64,000 nucleotides of DNA from contig CM041465.1 in NCBI GenBank assembly GCA_023213395.1, positions 138,639,741 through 138,703,740 of the forward strand, written 5' to 3'. Made by a program: the position numbers and the translations under genes. This document shows, one piece after another, positions 45,810 to 59,500 of the stretch. How positions within the stretch are numbered: the stretch's first letter is position 1; each line of letters starts with the position of its first letter. This stretch comes from Cycas panzhihuaensis (lineage: Eukaryota; Plantae; Cycadophyta). A model generated the notes under the pieces. That model searched no databases and was not told the origin of the DNA. It was given only the letters and a program-made list of their open reading frames with translations.

Positions 45810-48800
45810 ACTTGGATTATTGATTCTAGAGCTTCACAACACATGACTGGAAGTGAAGAGCTCCTCACCAGCATCAAGGAAGGCAAAGGTCAATTAGTGA
45901 CCTTTGGGAATAATCAATCTGTCAAAATATCAAGAGTAGGCACAATAACTCCATTTTCTTCTTCATCAAATCCTTCCTCCACATTTCCTGATGGCAATGC
46001 TTATTTAATACCTTCAATGGACAAAAACTTACTATCTGTTAGCAAGTTGGACAAGCAACAGATGAGTGTATTATTCAGAAACAGGAAATGTATAATTAGT
46101 GACAAAGAAGACCAAGTAGTAGCTGTTGGCTATGAGAATCAAGACCTCTACAAGTTGGATGCAAATAATATAACACTTGATTCTGCTTACTCTGGTTCCA
46201 TTGTCACTCCTTACTTGTCCAAGATGCAACTTTGGCATCAATGTCTAGGCCACTTGAACTTAGACAATTTGAGGCAGATGATCAACAAGAACATGGTACA
46301 TGGGCTTCCTAAGATTTATGGAACAAAATGTCTTTGCGAAGCATGCATTATGGAAACTCAGCATCGCTTGCCTTTCCCTAAAGGCAAAGCGTGGCGTGCA
46401 TCACATCCTCTGCAGCTAGTACATTCGGATTTGTGTGGACCTATGTCCACATCATTTTTTGGAGGAACTTTGTATTACATCTCCTTCATTGATGACTTTT
46501 CTCACAAAGTTTGGGTCTATTTCATCAATCACAAATCTGAAGCATTTTCCAAGTTCAAAGAATTCAAGCTTGAAGTGGAAAATGAGTCTGGCCATTCAAT
46601 CAAAACATTCAGGACAGACAATGGAGGTGAATTTACATCAAATGAATTCACCCAATACTGCAAGGATAACGGCATTCAGAGACAACTGATGATACCTCAC
46701 ACTCCTCAACAAAATGGAGTCTCTGAACAGATGAACGGAACTTTGGCCAATAAAGCCAAAGCTATGATGCATGCACAAGGACTCACTCGAGCCATCAAGT
46801 GTAAGCATTTCACATACCGCCTATGTAGCCAATCGCATTCTACTACAATAGTCACCAACATGACACCCGAGGAGGCATGGTCTGGCAAAAAGCCTACTGT
46901 CAGCCATTTGAGGACTTTTGGGTGCATTGCTTATATGCACATTCCCGATCAGCAAAGGAAGAAATTAGACAAGCATAGTCTGAAATGCATCTTTGTAGGT
47001 TATGCCATTCACAAAGAAAGCCTACAAGTTGTATGATCCTATAGGGAAGAAAATGCATCTCTCAAGAGATGTCATCTTTTCTGAAGAAGATCACAAGGAG
47101 GTGCAAACCGCATCCATGCAACCTCTCGTTGACAAAGGCAAGAAGATTGTTGAGGCCTTCCTTCCCTCTCAATCCTCTACACCATGTTCATCATCTGCAC
47201 CAGCTAGACCATCTACTTCAACTGAATTTGCTCCACTTGATCCAAGCACATCTTCTCTTGACCAACCACTTACACCAGAAGATCTTGAGGTTCAAGTAAC
47301 TTCAATTCAAAAGTTACCCAAATGGTACACACAAACAGTTCAGGACGGTCACATCATCGAAGGAAAACGTCCATCTAAATATCGGCAGCAAACCAATTAT
47401 GCACTTATGGCTGAAGTGCTTTGTGTTGATGAGCCTTCCACTTTTGAGGAGGCTTCTAAAAATGAAAATTGGAAGGCTGCCATGAATGAAGAAATCTATT
47501 CTATTGAAAAGAATGGTACTTGGAATTTGGTCGAATTGCCTAAACACAAACAGGCAATCAGTTGCAAATGGGTCTACAAGACCAAATTCCATTCTGATGG
47601 TTCACTTAAAAGGCAGAAAGCACGCCTTGTCGCAAAAGGATTTAAACAAAAAGAAGGCATAGATTATGTAGAAACTTTTGCACCAGTGGCGAATATGAAC
47701 ACCATCAGACTCCTTTTGGCCTTAGATGCTCAATGCAAATGGCCTATTTATCAAATGGACGTGAAGAGCGCCTTTCTTAATGGTGATCTTCAGGAGGAGG
47801 TATATTTGGAGCAACCTCCCGGTTACAAAGTATAAGGCAAGGAGCATCTTGTATATCGCCTAAAAAAGGCGTTATATGGCTTGAAACAAGCTCCAAGGGC
47901 ATGGTACTCTAAGATCGATGACTACTTCTTGAGACATGGGTTTCATCGATCTACTTCAGATCCTAATCTGTATATAAAAAATGAAAAGAACCATATAATT
48001 TTTGTTGCCTTGTATGTAGATGACTTAGTGATCACTGGTAGTGACACTAAGATGATTCATATTCTCCAAGATGACTTAAAGAGAAGTTTCGAGATGACAG
48101 ATCTTGGACTTCTCCATTATTTTTTAGGCTTTGAGATATGGCAATAGCCAGGCTATATCTTCATCTCCCAAGCGAAATATTCTTGGGACATTTTGCAACG
48201 GCTCAGATGCACGATCGCAACCGCCTACACCTATGGAGAATGGATCCAAGCTTACTCTCAATGAGGAAGCTGCACCGGCAGATCCCACACTTTTCCGGCA
48301 GTTGATTGGGAGTCTCATTTATCTCACCAACACTCGACCGGACATTTCATTTGCTGTTGGGATTTGCTCACGTTACATGTCTCAACCCAATCAGACACAC
48401 TGGAATGCAGCCAAACGCATACTTAAGTACATCAAAGGCACATTGCAGCATGGCCTTGAGTATGCACATAATGAGAACTTCACTCTAGAAGGGTTCTCGA
48501 TTCGATTGGGCAAAGGTTGCCAAGATAGCGAAATCAACCTCGGATCTGCTTTTCCCTTGGTTCGTGATTATTTTGTGGAGTTGCAAGAAGCAACCCAATG
48601 TTACCTTGTCCTCCATTGAAGAGTACAAAGTCAGCGACGCAGCTTGTGAGGCTATCCGCTATGACGGATTCTTGGGGAACTTGGACTTGAGCAGGTCACC
48701 CCACCGTGATACATTGCGACAATCAAAGTGTGCTCAAGTTAGCTAAGAATCCAGCCTTTCATGCGGACAAAACACATCGAGGTTCACCATCACTTCATTA

Positions 48801-48940
48801 GAGAGCATGTTCGTAATGGTGAGATCAACCTCAAAGACAGACCAATGTAAGAGCGTATGAGACATCTTTACTAAGCCTCTTGGTAGAGAAAAGTTTGTAA
48901 AATTCGTAGATGGTCTTGGTGTCCGACTTAACATTGTAAA
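45810..48940 (+). pseudogene. Copia pol (protease, integrase, RT, RNase H) with stops and frameshifts
   Basis: WIIDSRASQHMT, LWHQCLGH, LVHSDLCGP, RTDNGGEF, KARLVAKGF, QMDVKSAFLNG, LYVDDL, TKHIEVHHHFIRE. Confidence 0.92.
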
Positions 48941-49501
48941 CAGAAGGGGGTGTTAAACCTTATGTTTACATGTTAAGATAATGTACTTTTATTTTTATAT
49001 AATATGTGTACTTTTTACTTTAGGGGTGACTTATCACTTAAGTGATAAAGTGCACACCCACATTCTTTCTAGTGACACAACGTTGTCACTAAAGGGTCAA
49101 ATGGACCCTTATGCATTTTTGCTCACATGAGAGCCCAAAAGGACACATGTCCAACATGCAAGGCATGTATCTTGGATGTTTGACACTTGTCAAACATCCA
49201 AGGCCTTAGGTCTCTCATCTCACTCTATATAATGAGACCTCTTCTCATTGTCTCATAAGAGAGTTGGAGTCAGATATTGTTATGTCGCTTGCTAATCAAA
49301 CTGTTCATTCTTTGGAGGTTGGACCAATTCCAACTCCACATATTGGGTATCATTTTCTCTTGCTCCTTCATTTGTGCTTTGTCCCTTTGCTCTCTATTTT
49401 CCTTGAGATTATTATACTTGTTTGTATTTTTGCAACTAGAGCTAGAGTGATCCTAGTTTCTAGATCTTGGGACTGTTGAGACCATCTAGCCTCTTTTCAC
49501 A

Positions 49502-51410
49502 GGACAAACTCTTCAAATTCCAACGTCTCTTCGTCTGCATCACAACCGACCCACTGCACCAGATGCTCAGAAATAGTGTGATTTCGAATGCGACATTGAT
49601 GACTAGCAAAGATTCGATCTGGCCAAACTTTGAGGATTGTTCATCATTAAGAATGGGTAGGGTAGTGTTAGGTGTAGTTTTTCTACCTAGGCATTTTTTT
49701 TAAACAAGATACATGAAAGACATTATGGATATTGGTGTCTAGGGCAAGTTCAAGGGCATAGGCAACTATACCAATCTTTTGGAGGACTTTATATGGATAA
49801 TAATAACATAGACTTAGCTTATGACTTTGATGAGACTTGAGGGATTGTTGTTTGTACTGTTGGAGGCAAAGGAATGCTAGATATCCAATGTCAAATGACT
49901 GCTCAAACCAATGGCAATCGACGAGTTGCTTCATGCAATTCTGTGCAGTGGCCAGGTTTTGCCTAAAGTTATGGAGGATTTGATCTATCTCTTGAAGCTT
50001 TTGTTGGGATGAGGTCGTCCGAGAATTGGTCGCCAAGGTATGGTGAGAAGAGGGGTGATAACCATATAACGCCAAAAATGGGGACATGCTAGTGGCAAAC
50101 TAGTGAGATGAGTTGTACCAATCTCCTGCCAGGAAAAGGCAGCAAGTCCACTTAGCTTTGTGTTCTGAGGCGAAGCAGTGTAAGTATGTTTCTAGAGTTT
50201 TCTTCAAGACCCCAAATTGACCATTTGTTTAAGGATGGTAAGCAGAGCTCATGTTGAAGGAGGTTCCTACAACCCTAAAGAGTTCTTGCTAAAAGGAGCT
50301 AGTGAACTAGGGATTGCGATCATAAATGATGGTTGAAGGGAATCCATGAAGGCAAAAAATAAATTGAACATATAGGTCAGCAAGACAAGAAGATGTATAT
50401 GAGGTGTGTATTAGGAGAAAATGTGAATACTTGGTTAATCTATCAATGACCACCCAAATAGAGTCAAAACTAGGAGATGTAGGTAGGCCAATGATAAAAT
50501 CCATGGCAATGTTTTGCCATTTACCTTGCAGAACGTGTAGGGGTTGGAGGAATCTCGGTAGGGCTTTGGTATCCACCTTGTTCCACTGACAAGTGTCACA
50601 CTCTGATACGAAGCTGAAGATAGTAGGTTTCATATGGGGCCAAAAAAATTTTGCACGAATACGTCGATAGGTTTTATCAAATCCGAAGTGGCCCCCTAGG
50701 GCAGTAGAGTGGTATTCTGTTAAGATTTGAAAATTGAACAAGGATGATGGGTGTACAAAGATGTGATCCCTAAACAACAAATGGTTGTTGTGAGTCGACC
50801 AATTGGGTGTGAGCTTTTTCATAGGAGTAGTCAGGTTGAGCATGGTTTTCAGCCTACAATTCATCAAGCCAAATGGGGTGGGGCTTTGATATCGTATGAA
50901 TACTGGGGTTGGGGTTACTAGAATCAAGGGGCAAACAAGAAAGGGCATCTGCAACTATGTTGTTTTTGCCTTTCTTATAAGAGATTGTAAAGACAAAGAC
51001 CTATAGGAGATCAATCCATTTAGCTTGTTCTTCTAACAGAACTTGCTAATCCAATAGACTATGGAGGCTATGGTGGTCTGTGAAGAAAAGAAATTTTGAC
51101 CCCAAAAGAAATTTATGCCACTTATCCACAACATGCAGGATAATTCTCATTTCCTTTTAGTATGTTCAGAGTCGAAGCTCATGATCTTTTAGTTTTCGAA
51201 TTTCAAATGCAATGGGATGGTAATCTTGCATAAGAACTGCACCTAGGGCGAATCTTTATGCATCACATTCAAGCTAGAATGATTTGGTGAAATCAGAGTG
51301 ATGAGGATTGGGGTAGAGGTCAACACTGCTTTGGGATGGGAAAAAATAGCTTTGGCCTCTAAAGGCCACTGAAAGTGTCTTAGCGAAGTAGGTTGGTTAG
51401 TGGAGCTATT
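49502..51410 (-). pseudogene. Gypsy RNase H - integrase - chromodomain
   Basis: LECDA..LGAVLMQ, ORF 50307-50954 (HxxxxGGH..CxxC, MDFIIGLP, IDRLTKY), ORF 49683-50087, chromodomain EHLVQWVG..EET continuing at 42172. Confidence 0.88.
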
Positions 51411-52151
51411 TGGTCCTTGAACAATATCAATGGATTGGTTGGGGAGTTGTTTGTACTATAAGTTCCTAAGGTTTGCAACCATTAGATTCCCAACATAGCG
51501 TCAAATCCTCCTATCAATAATGCGTAAAAATTTGAGGTCAAGAGGTATGTGCCAATTTAACCATGTAGGTTTTTTATAACACCAACACAATGGAGCTTCT
51601 GATACCTTGGCAGAAAGTAGGTGAAGTTAGTCTTTGGGACAATGTAGAGGTTTAACTATCGAGCTAATGAGATGTCAATAAAGTTCAAGGACACACCACA
51701 GTCGATCAGGATTGACATTAGAGTTCTACAAAGAATGCACTTGACTCCTAGGAGTTCAGGACAAGAGATGGAGGCTATAGCGAATATGGATACTTCAAGT
51801 TAAGGATTAGGGATGGGGTCTTCCTGGAATTCTTCGCTAGCCTCATGCTCTGAATCAAAATCTGTGTGTTCATCAGGGGACAGGGTGGGATCAATAGAAA
51901 AGACCATATGCCTCACTTTATAAATGCAACCATGCCTAGCATTCCACTTTTCTGAGCACTGAACACACAGGTCAACCTCTTTTCGACGTTGCGCTTCTGT
52001 TTGTGAGCTTTGAACTTTTTTTTTTAGGGTTCTTCAGCCGGTTAATCTATTGCAAAGCGAGTTGCATCATCAAGTCGAGGTCGAGGGCATTGAAAATCCA
52101 TTTGTGGACAAGCTGTATCATCAAATCAGGGTTGAGACCGTTGGAAGTTCG

Positions 52152-52708
52152 TGTGAAAAGAGGCCCAATGGCCTCACAGTCCCAAGATCTAGACGCTAGG
52201 ATCACTCTAGTTCTAGAAAGCACAAATGCTTAACAAGTATAATACTCTCAAGATAAAAGAAAGCATAAGAGACAAAGCATAAAATGAAGGAGCAAGAGAA
52301 ATGATACCAAACGTGTGGGGTTCGAATTGGTCCAACCTCCAAAAGAATAAACAGTTTGATTAACAAACTGATAGCATAACAATACAGCTCCAACTCCCAT
52401 ATAAGACAAAGAAGAGAGATCTCATTATATAGAGTGAAATGAGAGACCTGAGGCCTTGGATGTTTGACAAGTGTCAAACATCCAAGGTACATGCCTTGCA
52501 TGTTGGACATGTGTCCTTTTGGGGCTCTTATGTGAGCAAAAGTGCATGGGGGCCTATTTGACCCTTTAGTGACAACGTTGTGTCACTAGAAAGAATGTGG
52601 GTGTGCACTTTATCACTTAAGTGATAAGTCACCCCTAAAATACAACTTTACAAGTAGTACATAAAAAATAAAGTGCATAATCTTAACATGTAAACATAAG
52701 GTTTAACA
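52152..52708 (-). mobile_element. Solo LTR of the same Copia family as 42173-49501, in inverted orientation
   Basis: Reverse complement of LTR 42173-42727; TSD GTTCG/GTTCA; interrupts gag of the host Gypsy. Confidence 0.93.
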
Positions 52709-55700
52709 GTTCATCTAACGGGGTCATTAGAACCATGGGTTATCTTGTCAAGTGGGTAAAGGTCTTTCAACCGCGAATTCTACCTCTACTACTCGTGCTA
52801 TTTTCATAGCTTCCTTAAGAGAGTTTACGAACAACGTCTTGAGACGCATCTCAATACAGTCCTAGAGACCTGCCACATAAATGTCTATCAAGGTGTGTCT
52901 ATCCAGACTATGGTTTTGTGGGGACCAATTGTATAACGCTTGGAATTCATCTGTAAAGACCTCTACTAATGATGCTTGCTTCAACCGTGTCAATTGAGTG
53001 AAGAATGACTGCCTCCAAGTATCCTCATGCTACTCGAAAAAGCAATTTATGAAGTGTGACCATGTCTGATTTGAAGGATATTCTTTTTTCCACCAATTGA
53101 ACCAGTGGTGAGCTTTTCCATCCATGTGAATGGAGGCATACAATAGTTGATTTTCTTCGATCATTGGGTTAAGAGTGAAGTAGGATTCCAATTTACTTAT
53201 CCGGCTACTAGTGCATTCTTTATTCAAATCCAGATCAAAAGTTGGGATGTTGATTTTATGATGGAGCAGCTGCTACCATGGTGGATGACCTCCCTTGGAT
53301 GCATTGCTTCCTTGTGGATGGTGAGAGGGAGGAGAATCGGTCGTCATATTCAATGTCCCTGTGCTGTTGAAATTAGATTGCATTATTGAGTGACTAGGGC
53401 TGAGAAATCTGCCTTTGAAAGGAGGTTAGCTAATTTAGTCTTCACCTCCTGTCGAAAAGTTTCAAGCTCTATCTTGAGTGAAGTGATCTTGTCTCCTTGT
53501 GAATGTGCCATCAGAAATATAGAATGGGCTTGAAAGGAGCAGGACTTAGTAGAAAGAAGGGAAGATATACAAAATGGGGAATAGCAAGAAAGAACGGGTT
53601 TTAAGAAATAGGGAATGCCTCGATAAAAGGGCAGGATGAATAAGGGATAAAAGGGGAGGGAAGGGTACTTGGGGTGTCTATAGCATGTTGACCCCAAAAT
53701 TTAAGGAACAAAATCACCTAGTGCACTTGGACGAGCGTGAAAAACTCATCGAAACAAGATAGGCAAGTTGTAGGGGTGAAATTTTGGCGGTGGGCCCACC
53801 AGTGACTCGAGCGCCACTATCCCCAAAAATCATCGACTATAAAAATTGACTTAGTGCAAATTGACAAATGCGATACACGGATCAAAATAAGATGTATGAA
53901 TTTAAACTGTAAATTTTTTGTCATGTTTTTCTTTTTTTTGGCAACGAGTCCAATTGCTCAAGTTGTTTCTCATTCTGATAAGTATTGAAAAAGTTATGGC
54001 CTTCACTTTGTACATCCACATTTTTAGTGACAGATGTTCGACAGCTATTCAACAAACTCAGTTTCTTTGTGAGAGGGGGATGTCGAATTGAAGGATACCT
54101 ACTAGACTCTTATAATGGGAGTGCTTGGTCTCATAGACATGTCAATAAATCCCTTCTTTAGTGGTTCGAGACAGGTAGCTCCGGGGTCCTAATTGTTAAC
54201 CACTACACTACAAGACTTCAACAACTGATTGGTTTCCTATTATAGGTAGGAGAAGGGAACCTATAAGGGTCCTCCGATATACCCGAGGGTACATGTAGGC
54301 TTGATTCCGTAGTCGAGTTCTGTCTAAGGCTTTCAACAAACTTAACTAAGGTCCTTCACGCAAAGGAAGAAAAGCCACAATACGCTTAGTCCAAAACAAC
54401 AAATCCTTGTGATATTTATAGACTCTCGGTACAGGGTCTCCACTTGTCTAAAATGGGTAGCTGCCAAGTAAAGTTATCTACCTAGGAAGAGGGAGGGAGG
54501 GAGCAGAAAGGATTTCCAAATAGCGTAATATGCCCTTAAACAAAAATTGAAATGACTAAAACCAAAACTGAAAGAAAGCATTATAGGAGAAAAGTTGTGA
54601 ATGTCAAAGAAAGAAAAAAAGGAAAAAAAATTCCCTTTTTTAGCTTCTAAATGCCTCCACAGGATCGTCAAACCTTGCTCTAATACCACTTGCAGAATAT
54701 CTTCCCAAGATTATCCTTGCGAATCTGATGAAAGAAGAGTTAAGAGAACAAATAGAGCACTTTGATTAACTTTGGAGGCTGATATTATAGAGTAGCTCAC
54801 ACAATGGACACCAAAAGAGTACCGAAGTATTTTTCCCTAAGAAAGGAAATGATGATCAATAATCGTTTACAAGAAATCTCTGACCCTTAAACAGACAAAA
54901 GAGGGCCTCTCTTCAGCAATCCTATTAGCGGCCCTAACAACCTTAGAAGGCTTAGTGGCCTGCGCACAAAGCTTAATAGTTAACATCAACCCTTAAACCT
55001 TTGGCAATTTCCACATGCTAGTGCCTCCCTCCACTTAAGAAGATGGAGTTAAGTTATAGTAGGGGTGGACTAGCTCTCTAGGCTAACTTTGCCCTTAATG
55101 ATTCTATTCTAAGCTCTGGATGTAGTCCATGTAATAGAGTTGTCTAGGCCTCATTACAAATTGGTAACGAGTGTTTGGCACAACCTCACATTATGCACCA
55201 AATAGTTATCAAGAGCGTTCTCAACTTTGGAGATAAATGACTGACAATTTGCCTACCTTATCTTGGTTTATTGTAGGGGATTTTAACATCCAAGAGATTG
55301 GAAAATAAATGGGAAGGACTTCCTTTTGGGTGGAAAGGAACTCTAAAAAAGATTAGGTTTATATGAAAGCCTTGTTTTCAGTGAAAGATCCAATGTAGAA
55401 GGAATCGTTTTCTCCAAAAGAACGTTGGTTTACTCGGAGCAATAACAGGAAAGCATGAAGTAAGGCCTTTTGTAGACAGGACAAGATTCTAGTCCCTATA
55501 GATGCTAATCGGGAAGGTTTGTGCTCCCTTGGGCCACCTAGTTAAAGTTTGGGGTTCCACAATTTGAGACCACTCCCCAATTTAGACGGATTGATTAGCG
55601 GGATGATGCTATTAAAAGAACTACTATTTTCCTCAGAGATCTTGGTGTCCAGGTTGCAAGGATAAGAAAGCTAAGCTTTAGAAAAGTATTTAAGCTATTT

Positions 55701-56520
55701 GGCCAAGAAAATGGAACTTTATCCCAATGATTTAGATAATCTTTCCCAAATGGTTACAGTAAAGTATATTATCTAGTCTCATGAGACTCATGCAATTGAG
55801 GGGACCAAGATCAGATCCAAGCTTCAGTGGTCTAAATGTTAGAAGCAATGTCCATCCTCATTTCATGTTCATTTAAGGTCATTTCTCATGTCATTAGAAT
55901 ATTCCCTCACACAGAATATTCTTGCTCAAATCATTAATTAAGGGTGTTACATGAAGTCATTAATAAGGTAGTTAAAAGTAGCCATTAATTAGCCACTAAT
56001 TAAGGAATGAGTTAGAACTACCAATCTATTTTTAGAAAATTGGTAGTCTATATAATTCTATCATATTCAACTATTTTGATTAGTGAGAATTTAGGAGTTG
56101 TGATTCATTAGCACTTCTTCATCTCTTGCTTAGTGCACATGATTAGTGTGATGAGTTTTGCTCTAACCCTATTCTCTAACATGGTATTAGAGACTAGTTT
56201 GGTATAATAGTCAAGTAGCCTCTCACTATTTGTTGTGCTAGACTATATATCTTCGAGTAACATTGACTGTTGTGCAAATGGGTTTTGATTATAATGTGGC
56301 ATGTTAAGAGGGTGTCTCCCATGAGACATGCTCCCCTTGTTCATTATTACACATCCAATTTTTGTTCAAGTTGTGGCTATTATGCGCCTCCTGGGGTAAC
56401 CTGTCTCGTGGTCTACATTCACCATCCATCCTGTGGTGTCCACCCATGAGATATAGTCCGTCAACTGTGATATTATCTCTATCTCGGGGCATCCCCTCAA
56501 ATGACTACTGTGCTATCTTT

Positions 56521-59500
56521 TGTTGAGAGGTAATGTTTTATCATTAACTATATAATTAATATATGTAATAATGACATGTGTCATATTGTTAAGAGGTTGG
56601 TTACATGTCAAGTTATAACAGTTACCAACCCAATTATGTATTTAAGGGATTCATCCTCTCAATAAAGGTGTTGAGTTCTCTCATCAGCATTCTATCTCCT
56701 GATTGAAATTTATCATGGTATCAGAGTAGGTTCAGATGTAACTACTCGTTTTGAAGAAAGAAGATCTTATTCTTGAAGACAAGTAAAGGGTCTAAGAAAG
56801 GAGACAAGTCTGGAAGGCTCTCCAACACAGAAGAGAAGCATTTAATGACTGTGTACGGAATTCTACGCAACCATACGGACGACCTTTTTTCAAAGTTGTT
56901 AGATTGAGACGAAATTTGGTGGGTAGATAGATCGAGGGACGCTCGTCACTTTTTCCTTCTGCGTCGAAGACATTTGAAGACTTTTCGAGGGCCAAATCGA
57001 CGAATTACTAGTCTGCGCGGGATTGAAGGAGGAATCCACGAAAACTTATGAAATCGGGCTTAAATCCCAGTATTTTTGGATCAAAAACCTTCAAATATTT
57101 ATTGTTAAGAGATTCAGTCTGCTTTTGTTTAAATCTACTGAGTTTTCTGGAGATTATTTGCAAAAACGACCCAAATCCCTAGCCGCCCAATGTAACTATT
57201 CGAAGATTGTTTTCTCCCGTTTGAAAAAAGATCTTGCAAAATCGACTTCGGATCTAGATAGACGATAAAAAAATCTATCTTTTGAGGTATCACTCACCCT
57301 AATCCGTACACTTAGGGTTTTGTACAAAAATCCATACAATTATATGGCCAGACTAGTCCAGGTTTCTCTCTCTTCATTAATGATGGCTTCTCCACTGTTT
57401 GGTCTCTCAGAACAAGACAAACTCACTGAAGGTAACTATCAAATTTGGAAAATTAAGATTGAAACCCTACTTAGGCTCGAAATGCATGAAATATTGCTCT
57501 CGGGATTGAAACCAAGCCAGGTGATGCTAGTATAACCCTGCCCAGTTGGTTAGAAAGAGATAATGCAGGTGTCATCATTCTTAAACTGTCAATATCAGAC
57601 TCCTTATTGGTATATGTTGAAAATTTGACCTCCACATCAAGCATTTGGAAATGCTTTGAAAACTTGTTTGGCCAAAAAAAACAAAGCCCGGATATTCACC
57701 TTGAAGGAAGAATTGTATAAGTTACATATGAAAGAACATGAAACAGTGACTGAATTCATACATAAAGTCACTTCATTTAGTAATGGACTATTGAGTGCTG
57801 GAGAAATTCTGTCAAACCAGAACTTATTTAGATGGTAGCCAGTAACCTACCAAAGACCTTTAGCGTGACCATCAATACTATTGCAAACAATAATCAAATT
57901 GATACAATGACCCTTGACGAATTAACTAGAATATTGCTCAGACAGGAACAAAGAAACAAGAGATACGAAGACGCAGCAGAACTGGAAGATGCATTTGCTT
58001 CTAGATTGAATCTAGGACCATAAGGACGAAGTCAGACACGTGGTAAGGGGACGGACCCCAAATTCTAGGAACTTTGGTCGTGGACAATATTTGGACAACA
58101 GAGGACGCAGACGAAGTCATGATTCCAAGATATGTTTTAACTGTGGTAGATCCAGACACTTCGCTAGTACCTGCAAAGTATTTGATGTGTGTTATCATTG
58201 TGGACAGGTAGGACATTATCCTTATCAATGTCCTCATAGAAAAGCAGACATTCAGAGAGGGAAAAGGCCAGTGGACAACTATAGCAAAGAACAAATTGAA
58301 GAAGATGAAGAAGAGAAAGCATTCATAGTTGCATTGTCAGCAGGACTAAAGAAAATTGACAAGTGGTTCATTGACTCTGGAGCTTCACAGCACATGACAA
58401 ATTGTCAAGACTAGTTTGAAAGTCTGAAATCCTATTATATCAATAGATCAGTAGAATTAGGTGATAAATATCCATTAGAAATTAAGGGTATGGTCACTGT
58501 CTCTGTTTGCATTCAGGATCATGTAAAAAAAATTGGAAATGGTTTATGGGTCCCTAATCTCAAAATGAACCTCTTGTCTGTCTCACAACTTAGCAAAAAA
58601 GGGCTGAGAATAGTGTTTGATGAAGATGGTCTTTGTTTGATACTGGACATGAAAAATAATGGACAAACCATTGCCAAAGGCATTAGGAGTAATGATCTGT
58701 ATAAACTAGTTTCAGATCCTGTAATACCCTGTCTAGATCCAAAAGCTTGTACTGCTGTAAATTTTGATAATAAAATGTGACATTTGAAGTATGGGTATCT
58801 ACCAATAGAAACTTTAAGGAAAATGAAAAAATATGATATAGTGCGTGGATTGCCTAACATATCTTCAGAAAATTTTGTATGTAAAGGATGTCAATTTGGA
58901 AAAATCACAAATTGCCCTTCAAAGAGAGTAAACAGAGATCACAAAATAAACTGAAATTGATTCACACGGATCTTTGCGGACCACTTACACCACTTTCAAT
59001 AAATGGTTGTAGGTACTTCTTAACTTTCGTTGATGATTTCACCAAAACAGTTTGGGTATACATTCTGCATAATAAATCAGAAGTCTTTGAAACCTTTAAA
59101 GAGTTTAAGGTAGAAGTAGAACTTGAATCAGAATCTAAAATAAAGTGTATCAGATCAGATGGAGGAGGAGAATATATCTCCAGCGAATTTTTAACGTATT
59201 GCAAAAGGAATGGAATTCGCAGACAAATCACCACGCCCTATACTCCATGGTCCATCGAGGTCGCTGAAAGGAAAAACAGAACCTTGATGAAAACGGCCTG
59301 TAGCATGGTACATGAAAAATAGGTCCCAAAGTCTTGTTGGACAGAAGCTGTGAATATAGCCTGCTATCTTATAAACAGAATACCAACTAAAGTACTGGAG
59401 AATGTCACCCTGGAGGATGTCAATTCTTTCAAAGTGTTTGGTAGCCAAGCTTATGTGCATATGCTAGATAAAAACATGTCAAAAATCGATGCAAAGAGCA

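Larger units (their letters stand above)
42173..49501 (+). mobile_element. Young full-length Ty1/Copia retrotransposon
   Basis: LTRs 42173-42727 and 48951-49501 (about 10 substitutions plus one indel patch), perfect TSD GGACA, PBS TGGTATCAGAGC at 42730-42741, PPT AGAAGGGGG at 48942-48950, order gag-PR-INT-RT-RH. Confidence 0.97.
40908..55058 (-). mobile_element. Chromovirus-type Ty3/Gypsy with the RT core deleted; hosts a Copia and a solo LTR
   Basis: LTRs 54691-55058 (5') and 40908-41291 (3'); TSD TTAGG/GTAGG; PBS TGGTATTAGAGC at 54688-54677; G-tract PPT ~41294-41301; gag from 53511, protease ~51700, RH-INT-chromodomain 51410-49502. Confidence 0.9.
39560..55836 (+). mobile_element. Decayed L1-type LINE (ORF1 + APE endonuclease) split by the Gypsy at 40908-55058
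   Basis: ORF1 knuckle remnant HQTGHFIKDC at ~40320; LSWNIRG and VDFFCLQEVK at 40715-40825; the frame resumes after 55059 with GRGGLAL and WFIVGDFN (~55270). Confidence 0.75.
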
